A stretch of 64,000 nucleotides of DNA from an uncultured Acidobacteriota bacterium (GTDB lineage Bacteria; Acidobacteriota; UBA6911; RPQK01; JAPXNP01), in the NCBI GenBank assembly GCA_963777605.1, contig CAVZRV010000007.1, positions 256,001 through 320,000 of the forward strand. Reading direction: 5' to 3'. Positions within the stretch are counted from its first letter, which is position 1. Each line of letters begins with the position of its first letter. Under the pieces are notes generated by a model. It had not been told where the DNA came from, did no database searches, and saw only the letters and a program-made list of their open reading frames with translations. This document shows positions 1-8,493 of this stretch, in pieces. Made by a program: the position numbers and the translations under genes.

Positions 1-1
1 T

Positions 2-187
2 CAACTTCCCCGGGACATGGGTTTCGAAATTCGCGTCAACCAGGGTTTCTTCTCGGACCTGACTGTGCCCGATGGATTCACCAAGGAAGGTGACACCTAC
101 TACAGCGACAACCGGGATCGAGTGGATAAGCTATTGAAAATCCGGGTGAGAGCAGGCATCGGAGGAGTCAAGTTCAGCTGGATGTAA
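2..187 (+). CDS. 3' end of a CDS entering from the left edge (possible LiaF/toast-rack-like C-terminus)
   Basis: Frame 2 is open from base 2 to TAA at 185-187: QLPRDMGFEIRVNQGFFSDLTVPDGFTKEGDTYYSDN...IRVRAGIGGVKFSWM*. Confidence 0.55.
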   Translation, partial: QLPRDMGFEIRVNQGFFSDLTVPDGFTKEGDTYYSDNRDRVDKLLKIRVRAGIGGVKFSWM

Positions 188-761
188 GCACCTGTTCAAC
201 GAGCCGGGCGATTCTTTCCGAAAGCGCCCCGAGATTCCGGTTGAACTGGCGCAGGAAAGCCAGCATCCCCGAATCGGCGGTATCCGAGACCACCTTGGGA
301 GCCAAACAGGGAACCTGGTAGCTTTCACTGATCATCATCGCAGCGGCGCTTTCCATGTCACAGATCCGGGCACCGGTACGCTCGAAGAGCCGCAGTCTTT
401 GATCCGCTTTCACGACCGGCCTCCGCACGGTGACCCCGGTCCCTTCGATCGTCCAGCCGGTGTCGAGGAGTTTCCCGGCAAGGTCCTCGGGAACAACATA
501 CTCACGGCCTTCCTCGAAACGCCAGGCTCGCGGGAACACGAAGTCTCCCAAATTCAGGGCCGGGTCGAGTTGACCCGCCATCCCGGTGAAAATCAGGAGG
601 TCTGGTTTCCGTCGTTCGAACACCTCCTCCAGCGTCCGCAACGTCCGGTCGGTGCCAAGTCCCGTGGTCAACAGCTGGATTTGGCCGCCGATCCTGTCCC
701 GGAGACCGCGGGTCTCCTTTTTCAATGCGCAGGCAACCAGAATTGTGGGCGGGGTCAGCAT
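174..761 (-). CDS. Nucleoside phosphorylase family protein (PNP_UDP_1; MTA/SAH nucleosidase or HpnG-like)
   Basis: Motifs VACALKKE, TTGLG, FTGMAGQL...LGD, ICDMESAA, KVVSDTAD; ATG at 761 chosen over GTG at 779. Confidence 0.8.
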   Translation of the reverse strand: MLTPPTILVACALKKETRGLRDRIGGQIQLLTTGLGTDRTLRTLEEVFERRKPDLLIFTGMAGQLDPALNLGDFVFPRAWRFEEGREYVVPEDLAGKLLDTGWTIEGTGVTVRRPVVKADQRLRLFERTGARICDMESAAAMMISESYQVPCLAPKVVSDTADSGMLAFLRQFNRNLGALSERIARLVEQVLTSS

Positions 762-830
762 GACACGGGAGACTACCACACAAGAGCCCTGTCACGGTTT
801 TGTGACGGAGGGCCGTCCATCGATGGGCCT

Positions 831-859
831 TTGACAATTGAGCGGGTTCCGCTTAGACT
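831..859 (+). promoter_or_regulatory. Sigma70-type promoter
   Basis: TTGACA (831-836), 17-nt spacer, TAGACT (854-859); ATG at 870. Confidence 0.7.
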
Positions 860-869
860 TCCGAAAACG

Positions 870-1925
870 ATGACGCCACCGGCTTCCGAGCAGACTCTGG
901 AACTGCAACCTCAGTCGCGGCTGGACGTGATCAACATTTCCCGCCGGCTTGGGGATTCTCTGTCCGCATATCCGAAGGCGCTCTACTACTCTTATCACAC
1001 GACCGCCGGATACCTGGATCCTCGCATCTGCGCCCGGCTCAAACATGACTCCGCCAACGTTCAGGCATTTCTGGAGTCATTTCAGACGCTGTTTCCCGAA
1101 GGAGCTGGATACCGCCACGACGACCTGGAGCACCGCGAAGAACTCACCGAGGAACAGAAGAAGGGCGAACCGCGCAATGCCGACGCCCACCTTACCTTCA
1201 TCGGGTCGGGATTGAGCAACTGTGTCACCTATCGGAATGATCCGGGAGTCCCAGTCTTCTTCATCGACCTCGACGGTGTCAACGGTTCCGTTCCCCGCGT
1301 CCGGCAGACTACAATTATCGGGTTCAGTCGAGAGGAATCCGCCGGCCACGTCCGCTTCGAGATCCCCGTCTCACGCCACCCGGTTGACTCGGTCAACCTG
1401 AAGAACCGGCAGTTAGGTTTCTTCGAGGCACTCGACGCGCACATTCGGGCCGAAGGTATCACGAGGGGCCGGATCGACATTTTTCTCGACCGGGAAGAGA
1501 TGAATGCGGGCCTGACCGTCAACGAATATGAGACCTTCTTGATGAGGAACGACCTCGCCGAGGTTCTTCGATACCCGTTCCGCTACATGGCGGATCGCGG
1601 ACGCCACATGATCTCCGATCCCAAGGCCATCCCGAGCAAGGCGAAGGGCTATGCCAAGTATGACTTCGTTCAGGTCCTGAACGAGTTCTTTGATGCAGTC
1701 GGGCTGAGCGAGACACTCTTTGAGCGGGTCGTCCACCGTTTTCTGGCGGTTCCGGCCTCCCGGTTTCTCCGCGTGAAACGGTCTGTGAGTTTGCTGATCA
1801 ATGATTGCGGCGACGGGCGAAGTCCTATCGTCGGCGGACAATATCAAAGTCCGATTCTGGTGCAATGGCGCCGGACGGAGAGTCATTGCCGGCACATGCG
1901 CGCCAACCTGATCCGGTTCGAGTAG
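870..1925 (+). CDS. Tandem YjbQ/UPF0047-like domain protein
   Basis: First domain has HTTAG, YRHDD, NADAHL and FIDLDG..R.R; second, degenerate domain has NAGLTVNE and GQYQSPILVQW. The upstream part of ORF 399.. is antisense to the previous gene. Confidence 0.65.
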   Translation: MTPPASEQTLELQPQSRLDVINISRRLGDSLSAYPKALYYSYHTTAGYLDPRICARLKHDSANVQAFLESFQTLFPEGAGYRHDDLEHREELTEEQKKGEPRNADAHLTFIGSGLSNCVTYRNDPGVPVFFIDLDGVNGSVPRVRQTTIIGFSREESAGHVRFEIPVSRHPVDSVNLKNRQLGFFEALDAHIRAEGITRGRIDIFLDREEMNAGLTVNEYETFLMRNDLAEVLRYPFRYMADRGRHMISDPKAIPSKAKGYAKYDFVQVLNEFFDAVGLSETLFERVVHRFLAVPASRFLRVKRSVSLLINDCGDGRSPIVGGQYQSPILVQWRRTESHCRHMRANLIRFE

Positions 1926-1935
1926 AGCGACCCGA

Positions 1936-2877
1936 TCAGAAGTCGTCCGGCTGACTCAATCCCAGAGCTTTCCCCTGCCACGAATTCCGTCGTTCAAGTT
2001 CCTGATGGATCATCGCGTGAATCTCGGCCCCAGTTGCATTCCAGACGGGAGCCAACTGGAACGCTTCGGGGGTCCATCCGAAAAGGCGCTGAATCACGAT
2101 CCGGGGATCCAGCTGCTCGAGGACATCACAGACAACCTCGACCCAGCCGCTCAAGGTGAAGAGGGGAAAAGAATTTCGGACATATTCCTCTGCCAACCGG
2201 GTCCCCTTTGCCAGGTGAAGGTGATGGATCTTGACAAAATCGACACCCAGCCGGTTGAGAAACGGCGGGTACTGCATCCACTCATCCTTCCCCTCACCCG
2301 GGAGGCCCAGTATGAAGTGGCTGCATATTTCGAAACCAAACGCTTTCGCCCGGCCCACGGCATCCTGGTAACAGGCCACGTCGTGCCCCCGGTTCAAACG
2401 TTGAAGGGTTTCGTCGAAAATCGACTCGAGTCCGATCTCGAGGCAGACGTACTTCGCGCCTGCTACCTGGCGGATCATCGCCAGGGTTTCATCGGGAAGG
2501 CAGTCCGGCCTGGTGCCGATGGCAAGGCCCAGGATCCGTGAGTCGGCGGCAAGGGACCGCCTGAAAAGCGGTTCAAGAACCTCTGGCGAGGCATGAGTGT
2601 TTGTGTAGTTTTGCCAATAGACCAGGAACCGATCCGCGGCAAATCGGCGTTCCAGGAAGCGGATCCCCTCCGTCACCTGCTCCTCAATCGGCTTCCGGGG
2701 GGCCGTGCCGACGGCCCGAAAACTCTCGTTGTTGCAATAGCTGCAGCCCCCCCGGGCCACGGTCCCGTCCCGGTTCGGACAGGTAAACCCTCCGTCCACT
2801 GACACCTTGTGCACGCGCGCCCCGAAGCGGCGCTTCAGCCAGGGTCCGTAGCGGCGAAAACGGGCGTTGTCTTCCAC
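1936..2877 (-). CDS. TIGR01212/YhcC-family radical SAM protein
   Basis: GFTCPNRDG...GCSYC, YWQNYTNT, GTRPDCL, RGHD, KIHHLH motifs. Confidence 0.9.
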   Translation of the reverse strand: MEDNARFRRYGPWLKRRFGARVHKVSVDGGFTCPNRDGTVARGGCSYCNNESFRAVGTAPRKPIEEQVTEGIRFLERRFAADRFLVYWQNYTNTHASPEVLEPLFRRSLAADSRILGLAIGTRPDCLPDETLAMIRQVAGAKYVCLEIGLESIFDETLQRLNRGHDVACYQDAVGRAKAFGFEICSHFILGLPGEGKDEWMQYPPFLNRLGVDFVKIHHLHLAKGTRLAEEYVRNSFPLFTLSGWVEVVCDVLEQLDPRIVIQRLFGWTPEAFQLAPVWNATGAEIHAMIHQELERRNSWQGKALGLSQPDDF

Positions 2878-2881
2878 GATC

Positions 2882-3628
2882 TCAGCTCTCTCCGTTCCCA
2901 GCCATCGGCGGATTGAGATAGAGAAAATACTCCCGGTTTCCTTTTTGCCCGGCCACCGGGGAAAGGAAGGTTCCCCGGCAAACGAATCCTTCCGACTCGG
3001 CGAACCGGCGCACCCGCATCAAGATCTCTTCCCTCAGGCCAGGGTCGGTGATCAGGCCCCCTCTTTCAACCTCCGCCGGTTCCGCTTCGAACTGGGGCTT
3101 GACCAGGAGAAGGCAGTCTGCACCAGCGAATTCCCGTAACCGGGGGAGGATCAGGCGAAGTGAAATAAAGGACAAATCAGCTACGATCAGGTCAACCGGG
3201 CCGTCGACATCGGAAGGTCGGATGAATCGCGCGTTGAACCCTTCTCGCACCTCGACACGAGGGTCGTTCCTCAAGCCCCAGTCGAGCTGCCCCTTCCCGA
3301 CATCGAAGGCAAATACACGCCGGGCGCCATGCTTTAGGAGGCAGTCCGTGAAACCTCCCGTCGAGCAACCAAGATCGACGCAATTCATCTCCCGAGGCTC
3401 GATCCGAAAATGCCGCAGCGCGGGCTCGAGCTTCCGCCCGCCCCGGGAAACATAAGAGGCTGGGGCGCGGACCGTGACACGGACATCATCCTTTACCAGC
3501 GTACCGGGCTTGGGATCGGGGCAATCCTCAACCTCTACTCTCCCGGAAAGCAAGAGAGCCACCGCTTCGCGCCCGTCTCGGGCCAGGTGGCGCTGGATCA
3601 GGACATTGTCGAGCCTCTTTCGGGCCAT
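2882..3628 (-). CDS. tlyA: TlyA family rRNA 2'-O-methyltransferase
   Basis: S4-like N-terminus, YVSRGGRKL, DLGCSTGGFTD, DLSFISL, LVKPQFE, GQKGNREY. Confidence 0.93.
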   Translation of the reverse strand: MARKRLDNVLIQRHLARDGREAVALLLSGRVEVEDCPDPKPGTLVKDDVRVTVRAPASYVSRGGRKLEPALRHFRIEPREMNCVDLGCSTGGFTDCLLKHGARRVFAFDVGKGQLDWGLRNDPRVEVREGFNARFIRPSDVDGPVDLIVADLSFISLRLILPRLREFAGADCLLLVKPQFEAEPAEVERGGLITDPGLREEILMRVRRFAESEGFVCRGTFLSPVAGQKGNREYFLYLNPPMAGNGES

Positions 3629-3631
3629 AGT

Positions 3632-4552
3632 TCAAAACCGGCGGGATGCGATGAAGCGGGCCAGCTCCGCCAGTGGACTCGCAGCTCCCCCCAATATGGC
3701 AAGGCTCTCGAGCGCCTCCGAAACCAAACGATCGACTTCTTCACGGCTCTTTGCCAAGCCAAAGAAAGCCGGGTAGGTCGCTTTCTGATCAGCCCGGTCT
3801 TTTCCCGGCGTCTTTCCCAGTTCCTCAGAACTGGCCACGATGTCCAGAATGTCGTCGACGATCTGGAAAGCCAGCCCAACCTTGAACCCGTACTGTTCGA
3901 GGGCCCAGAGACGGTCTCCCCGCACCCCGCAGAGGACGCCCGCACAGGAAACCGAAGCGGCGATGAGGGCTCCCGTTTTCGAGGAGTGGATGAATTCGAG
4001 CTCCTCCCGGGAAAACGAAGAGCCTTGTGTGGTCAGGTCCACCACCTGTCCGGCAATCACCCCCTGCTCGGTTCCGATGGCACGGCAAAGGCGGGCAATT
4101 ACCTCCAGACGAGTCTCAGCGTCCACTTCCTCGTTTCCTTCCGCCTCCGCCAGGACCTGGAAAGCACGATTCATCAGCCCGTTCCCGGCCAGGATTGCAA
4201 TTGCTTCCCCGAATTTCCGGTGACAGGTCAGATGACCTCGACGGTAGTCGTCATCATCCATCGCCGGGAGGTCGTCGTGAATCAGGCTGTAGGTGTGGAT
4301 CATCTCCAGGGCACAGGCGAATTTCATCACCCGATTCACCAGGGCGCCCACCGTCTCGGCAGTGGCCAGAGCAAGAATCGGACGAATTCTCTTCCCTCCG
4401 GCAAAAAGGCTGTAGCGCATGGCCTCGTGAATCAGGCTGGGGTGGCGCTCGGCGGCAGGGATCAGGCGAGCCAGGCACTCGTCCACGAGCGCCTTTTGCT
4501 CGGAGAGATAGCCTTCGATGTCGAATCCGGATTGAGAAGTCCGGTTACTCAC
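3632..4552 (-). CDS. ispA: Farnesyl/geranylgeranyl diphosphate synthase
   Basis: GGKRIRP, IHDDLPAMDDDDYRRG, FQIVDDILD, GKD, KATY; GTG start overlaps the xseB stop. Confidence 0.92.
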   Translation of the reverse strand: MSNRTSQSGFDIEGYLSEQKALVDECLARLIPAAERHPSLIHEAMRYSLFAGGKRIRPILALATAETVGALVNRVMKFACALEMIHTYSLIHDDLPAMDDDDYRRGHLTCHRKFGEAIAILAGNGLMNRAFQVLAEAEGNEEVDAETRLEVIARLCRAIGTEQGVIAGQVVDLTTQGSSFSREELEFIHSSKTGALIAASVSCAGVLCGVRGDRLWALEQYGFKVGLAFQIVDDILDIVASSEELGKTPGKDRADQKATYPAFFGLAKSREEVDRLVSEALESLAILGGAASPLAELARFIASRRF

Positions 4553-4835
4553 TTTCGCCCTCGCCATCAACGGTCGAATTGAAAGGGGCCTCCGACAGTT
4601 CGCCCGCTTCATTCTTGACCAGAATCTCGACCCGCCGCTGGGCGTCGTCGAGCTTCTTGCCGCAAAACCGGGATAAGGTCATCCCCTCCTCGAAGAGACG
4701 AACGGCTTCCTCGAGAGCGAGTTCCCCCGACTCCAGACGGCTGACGATACCTTCGAGACGGGACAGGGCTTCCTCGAAATCTTTCAGTTCAGTCTTCTTT
4801 TCGGGCTCGGAACTGCCCGTTAACGACTCTGACAT
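4545..4835 (-). CDS. xseB: Exodeoxyribonuclease VII small subunit
   Basis: FEEALSRLEGIVSRLESGELALEEAVRLFEEG..L...C...L; synteny with xseA and ispA; start uncertain. Confidence 0.9.
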   Translation of the reverse strand: MSESLTGSSEPEKKTELKDFEEALSRLEGIVSRLESGELALEEAVRLFEEGMTLSRFCGKKLDDAQRRVEILVKNEAGELSEAPFNSTVDGEGESE

Positions 4836-6066
4836 TAATGAGCTCCTTGGATTTCAGGTCGGAGGGATCACGAACGACCGCGCCCTCCTGCGTAGTTACT
4901 ATTGCATATCCCCGCTCGAGGACCAGCAGAGGCGAATAGGCTCTCAGTTTCTCAGAACAGGTTCCGAGCCGGTGACTTCTGTCGGTCAGGAAGAGAGCCA
5001 TCTGGTGTCCCAGTTCGCGGCGTGCCCGGGACACCCCGACCGAGCGATTCTGAATCAGAGGGCCCAGTCCAGCCTGCAACCTCAACATCGCCTCGTCCAG
5101 GCGCTGCTGAAAAAACCGGATTCCGGTTTCCGCGTCAACAAAGCCGCGGCTGCGGGTCAGCCGGTCCAGTTTCTGCCGGTGTCGCTGCAGCTGGTAGCGT
5201 GCGCCCTGAAAACCTCGCTGCACCAGGTGCCGGACCCGGGATGCCAATTCCTCGCGCTGCCCGCTGACGATCTCGGCGGCGGCAGAGGGAGTGGGAGCAC
5301 GCAGATCAGCGACAAAATCGGCAATCGTGAAGTCGATCTCGTGTCCGACGGCCGAAATCACCGGTATCCGGGATCGATAGATCGCCCGGGCAACCGGCTC
5401 TTCGTTAAACGGCCAGAGGTCTTCCAGAGAGCCTCCTCCCCTGCCCACGATCAGCACGTCGAGGTCCGAACGGGTGTTGAGGTAGTCGATTCCCGCCGCA
5501 ATCTCGGCAGCCGCCTGTTTCCCCTGTACCCGGGCTGTGTAGATGAGCACGCTGACGCGGTCGTTGCGGCGCTTCAGAACCCGCAGGATGTCCTGGATAG
5601 CTGCTCCCGTCGAGGAAGTCACTACCCCGACCTTGGCGGGGAGAAGCGGAAGTTTCTTCTTGTGGCGTTCGTCAAAAAGCCCTTCCTGATGAAGTCTTGC
5701 CTTGAGCTGCTCAAACGCCACCTGAAGCGCCCCCCGACCGAGGGGCTCCATGTGCTCGACCATGACCTGGAGCTGGCCTCGAGCAGGATATACGGTAGCC
5801 GTGCCCCGGGCCAGCACATCCATGCCGTCTTCGGGCTCGAACTTCAGGTATCTTCCCCGCATCCTGAAACAGACAGCGGAAATCTGGGCATCGTCGTCCT
5901 TCAGTGTGAAGTAAAGGTGTCCCGATCCCGGTTGCCGCAGGTTGGAAATCTCGCCCTGAATCCAGATATCGCGAAACTCACGTTCGAGGCCCTGGCGAAT
6001 ACCTCCCACCAGTTCCGAAACTGCGTAGATCCGCCGCTCCTCGAAGAGGAAAGACTGCTGTTTCAT
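4789..6066 (-). CDS. xseA: Exodeoxyribonuclease VII large subunit
   Basis: GEISN..SGHLYFTLKD, GRGGGSLEDLWPFNEE, SAVGHEIDFTIADFVADLRAPTPSAAAE. Confidence 0.95.
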   Translation of the reverse strand: MKQQSFLFEERRIYAVSELVGGIRQGLEREFRDIWIQGEISNLRQPGSGHLYFTLKDDDAQISAVCFRMRGRYLKFEPEDGMDVLARGTATVYPARGQLQVMVEHMEPLGRGALQVAFEQLKARLHQEGLFDERHKKKLPLLPAKVGVVTSSTGAAIQDILRVLKRRNDRVSVLIYTARVQGKQAAAEIAAGIDYLNTRSDLDVLIVGRGGGSLEDLWPFNEEPVARAIYRSRIPVISAVGHEIDFTIADFVADLRAPTPSAAAEIVSGQREELASRVRHLVQRGFQGARYQLQRHRQKLDRLTRSRGFVDAETGIRFFQQRLDEAMLRLQAGLGPLIQNRSVGVSRARRELGHQMALFLTDRSHRLGTCSEKLRAYSPLLVLERGYAIVTTQEGAVVRDPSDLKSKELINVRVVNGQFRARKED

Positions 6067-6120
6067 TCGATGCTTTGCTCCAGGTTCTACTTCAATTCTT
6101 CAGGCTGTGCTCCCTCCGGG

Positions 6121-7221
6121 TCAAGGGGACACGTAGATCGGATTGGAAATGATCCACGGCCGGTCACCCAGCAGAGGGGGCGGATCCAGAAATCGGACTT
6201 CGACCCGGTAGGCCCCTGGTGTGTCCGCCTGATAGGAAAAACGCAATCCTTCCAATTCTACGACTTTCAGTCCCTCACGAATCAGCCGGAATCGCGCCGG
6301 GAAAGGGCTCTGGAAAACCAACCGGCAGCCGAGCGGAACACTGGCTCCCATCGGGTAGGCGCTGTCCACGCTTTCGGCATGGAATGAAAAACCGGTAGGG
6401 TCAGCGATTTTCTCGAACGCAATGTAGGACGCCCCTTCAGCCAGGGCCTTCGTCACCGTATCAACGCTGAGAGGGGCACCACGAGGGATCTGCAGGTGAT
6501 TTGTCACAAAGCCCAGAGATTGAACGTAGGGATCGAGAAACAGGGAAAACAACTTCTGGCCGGTACCCGTCTCGAGGATCAGCCCGACATTCTGGTGAGC
6601 GTTGTTCCCGGCTGTCGCGGAAAGCTTCCGCGACGCCAGCATGCGATCCCAAAGCTCGAAGTTCCCCTGCTGGAATTCCCAGGCGTGAAAGAAAAAGAGA
6701 TCGGGGTGAAAGAGGCGGTGGTACAACCACGTTCCCCAACCGAACAGGTTGTTGCTCGCCCGGGCACTGACCGCGATGTTGAATACCTCAATACCGGTAG
6801 CCTCCGGGTCGACCGGCCGCTCTTCGTAGAGCAACTGAATCCGTACCCTGCCTTCGGGTCCGACCAGTTCCCGCAATCCGTCTTCACGAACTTGTTCGGT
6901 CCCGTAAACCATCACCAGGTCGGGGTCCTGAATCTGGTTGAACAGCTGCTCCTCGCGCGGATGCTCGGTGATGAAGAGGTAATCGAAATGCAGAGTCTTC
7001 GCCGCCTCAATGAGTTCGGGGTAGGTCCCAAGACTGTGGCCACCGGCGGCACTGTGGACATGAATCGTTCCACGAACGTCCTTGAAGGGCCGGTCAGCCA
7101 ACTCCCGGCTGGGCAGGTTGCGCCGGAATTCCGCCAGCCGATAGGTGCCGCACATCCGGTACAGAAACGGAAACTGCAGAAGTACGACAACGAGAAGGAG
7201 GTATTTCCAGACCTTTTTCAT
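6121..7221 (-). CDS. Membrane-anchored PHP-like metallophosphoesterase
   Basis: N-terminal hydrophobic anchor; IHVHS, ITEH and GNNAH metal ligands; C-terminal WIISNPIYV. Confidence 0.7.
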   Translation of the reverse strand: MKKVWKYLLLVVVLLQFPFLYRMCGTYRLAEFRRNLPSRELADRPFKDVRGTIHVHSAAGGHSLGTYPELIEAAKTLHFDYLFITEHPREEQLFNQIQDPDLVMVYGTEQVREDGLRELVGPEGRVRIQLLYEERPVDPEATGIEVFNIAVSARASNNLFGWGTWLYHRLFHPDLFFFHAWEFQQGNFELWDRMLASRKLSATAGNNAHQNVGLILETGTGQKLFSLFLDPYVQSLGFVTNHLQIPRGAPLSVDTVTKALAEGASYIAFEKIADPTGFSFHAESVDSAYPMGASVPLGCRLVFQSPFPARFRLIREGLKVVELEGLRFSYQADTPGAYRVEVRFLDPPPLLGDRPWIISNPIYVSP

Positions 7222-7279
7222 CGAGGGTCACTATTATACGGCTCGGCACCCGGAGACCATTGGCGAAGTGAAACTTGAA

Positions 7280-7318
7280 CCGCGCACCCGGGGGCGCGGC
7301 TCCGCCTTACCCCCGGCT
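7280..7318. repeat. GC-rich REP-like hairpin
   Basis: CCGGGGG (7288-7294) pairs with CCCCCGG (7310-7316); overlapping CCGCGC/GCGCGG inverted repeat. Confidence 0.4.
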
Positions 7319-7466
7319 CCGAGTCTGGCACCCCATTCTCACTTGTCGATACTCGATTCTGGCTTCACGCTCCAGCCCACGTCGTCCAGAATTCCTCCAG
7401 CTCCCCTGATCAATGTCCCCCCGATCAATTGCCCGGGAACCCGCATTTCCACTATCATGATGCCGC

Positions 7467-8318
7467 ATGAGCTGGTTCAAGCGGGAAAAGAAGCCGCTTC
7501 AGTCACCCGCGGAAGAAGAACGCACGGTTCGTACTGAGGGGCTGTTTACGAAGTGTGACGGCTGCAAAGTCATCATCTGGAAGAAAGACCTGGAATCGAA
7601 TCACTTCGTCTGTCCGAAATGCACCCACCATTTCCGGATCAACGCGAAGCAGCGCCTCGCGATGCTGTTCGATGACGGTGAATTCGAAGAATTCGATTCC
7701 GAAGTTCGGTCGCTTGACCCGCTGGAATTCGTTGATAAGAAGGGGTACAAGGACCGGCTGGCGGCAGCAGTCCGTTCGACCGGGTGCAACGAGGCCGTGG
7801 TCAACGCGGTTGGGGCCCTGAACGGCATCGAGACCGTCTGCGCGTCGATGGAGTACCGTTTCATCGGCGGATCAATGGGTTCGGTCGTAGGCGAGAAAAT
7901 CACCCGCGCCGTCGAGCGGGCGACCCGGGAAAAGCGTCCCCTGATCATCGTGTCGGCCAGTGGTGGAGCGCGCATGATGGAGAGTTTCCTCTCCCTCATG
8001 CAGATGGCCAAGATCAGCGCGGCGCTGGCGCAGCACCACGAAAAGGGTCTTCCCTACATCTCGATCCTGACCGACCCTACAACCGGAGGAGTCACCGCGA
8101 GTTATGCCATGCTCGGTGATCTCAACATTGCCGAGCCCAAGGCCTTGATCGGCTTTGCCGGGCCGCGAGTGATCGAACAGACGATTCGTCAGAAGCTCCC
8201 GGAGGGATTCCAGCGCAGCGAATTCCTGCTTGAACACGGGATGCTGGACGCCGTCGTCCACCGCCAGGACCACCGGGATTTTATCTCCGACTGTTTTCGC
8301 TTTATGCGCTTCGCCTGA
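7467..8318 (+). CDS. accD: Acetyl-CoA carboxylase carboxyltransferase beta subunit
   Basis: C4 zinc finger (CDGC...CPKC), GGSMGSVVGEK, SGGARMME, DPTTGGVTAS, FAGPRVIEQT. Confidence 0.96.
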   Translation: MSWFKREKKPLQSPAEEERTVRTEGLFTKCDGCKVIIWKKDLESNHFVCPKCTHHFRINAKQRLAMLFDDGEFEEFDSEVRSLDPLEFVDKKGYKDRLAAAVRSTGCNEAVVNAVGALNGIETVCASMEYRFIGGSMGSVVGEKITRAVERATREKRPLIIVSASGGARMMESFLSLMQMAKISAALAQHHEKGLPYISILTDPTTGGVTASYAMLGDLNIAEPKALIGFAGPRVIEQTIRQKLPEGFQRSEFLLEHGMLDAVVHRQDHRDFISDCFRFMRFA

Positions 8319-8360
8319 GACAACGCCCGGCTGACCCGAACTACGATTGAAGACTTGGAG

Positions 8361-8458
8361 ATTCACCGCAAAGTCGCGAAGGCCGCCAAGGTTCTCCTGG
8401 GTTCAAACAAAGAAACCTTCGCGCCTTGGCGGTTCAATCCACCCGTGGCAAGTGTTAC
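8361..8458. repeat. Dispersed ~100-bp palindromic repeat, copy 1
   Basis: ATTCACCGCAAAGTCGCGAAG...AAACAAAGAA...CTTCGCGCCTTGGCGGTTCAATCCA; aligns by eye with 60567-60665 and partly with 11700-11747. Confidence 0.75.
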
Positions 8459-8493
8459 GTCCAAAATGACTCTTCCATCGCGGCAGCGCTGAC

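Noticed and set aside
4027-6387. 786-aa plus-strand ORF, and other long antisense ORFs (e.g. 11618-12985, 43032-44567, 48148-49836)
   Set aside because: They lie opposite well-supported genes and have no recognisable motifs; these are typical shadow ORFs of GC-rich DNA
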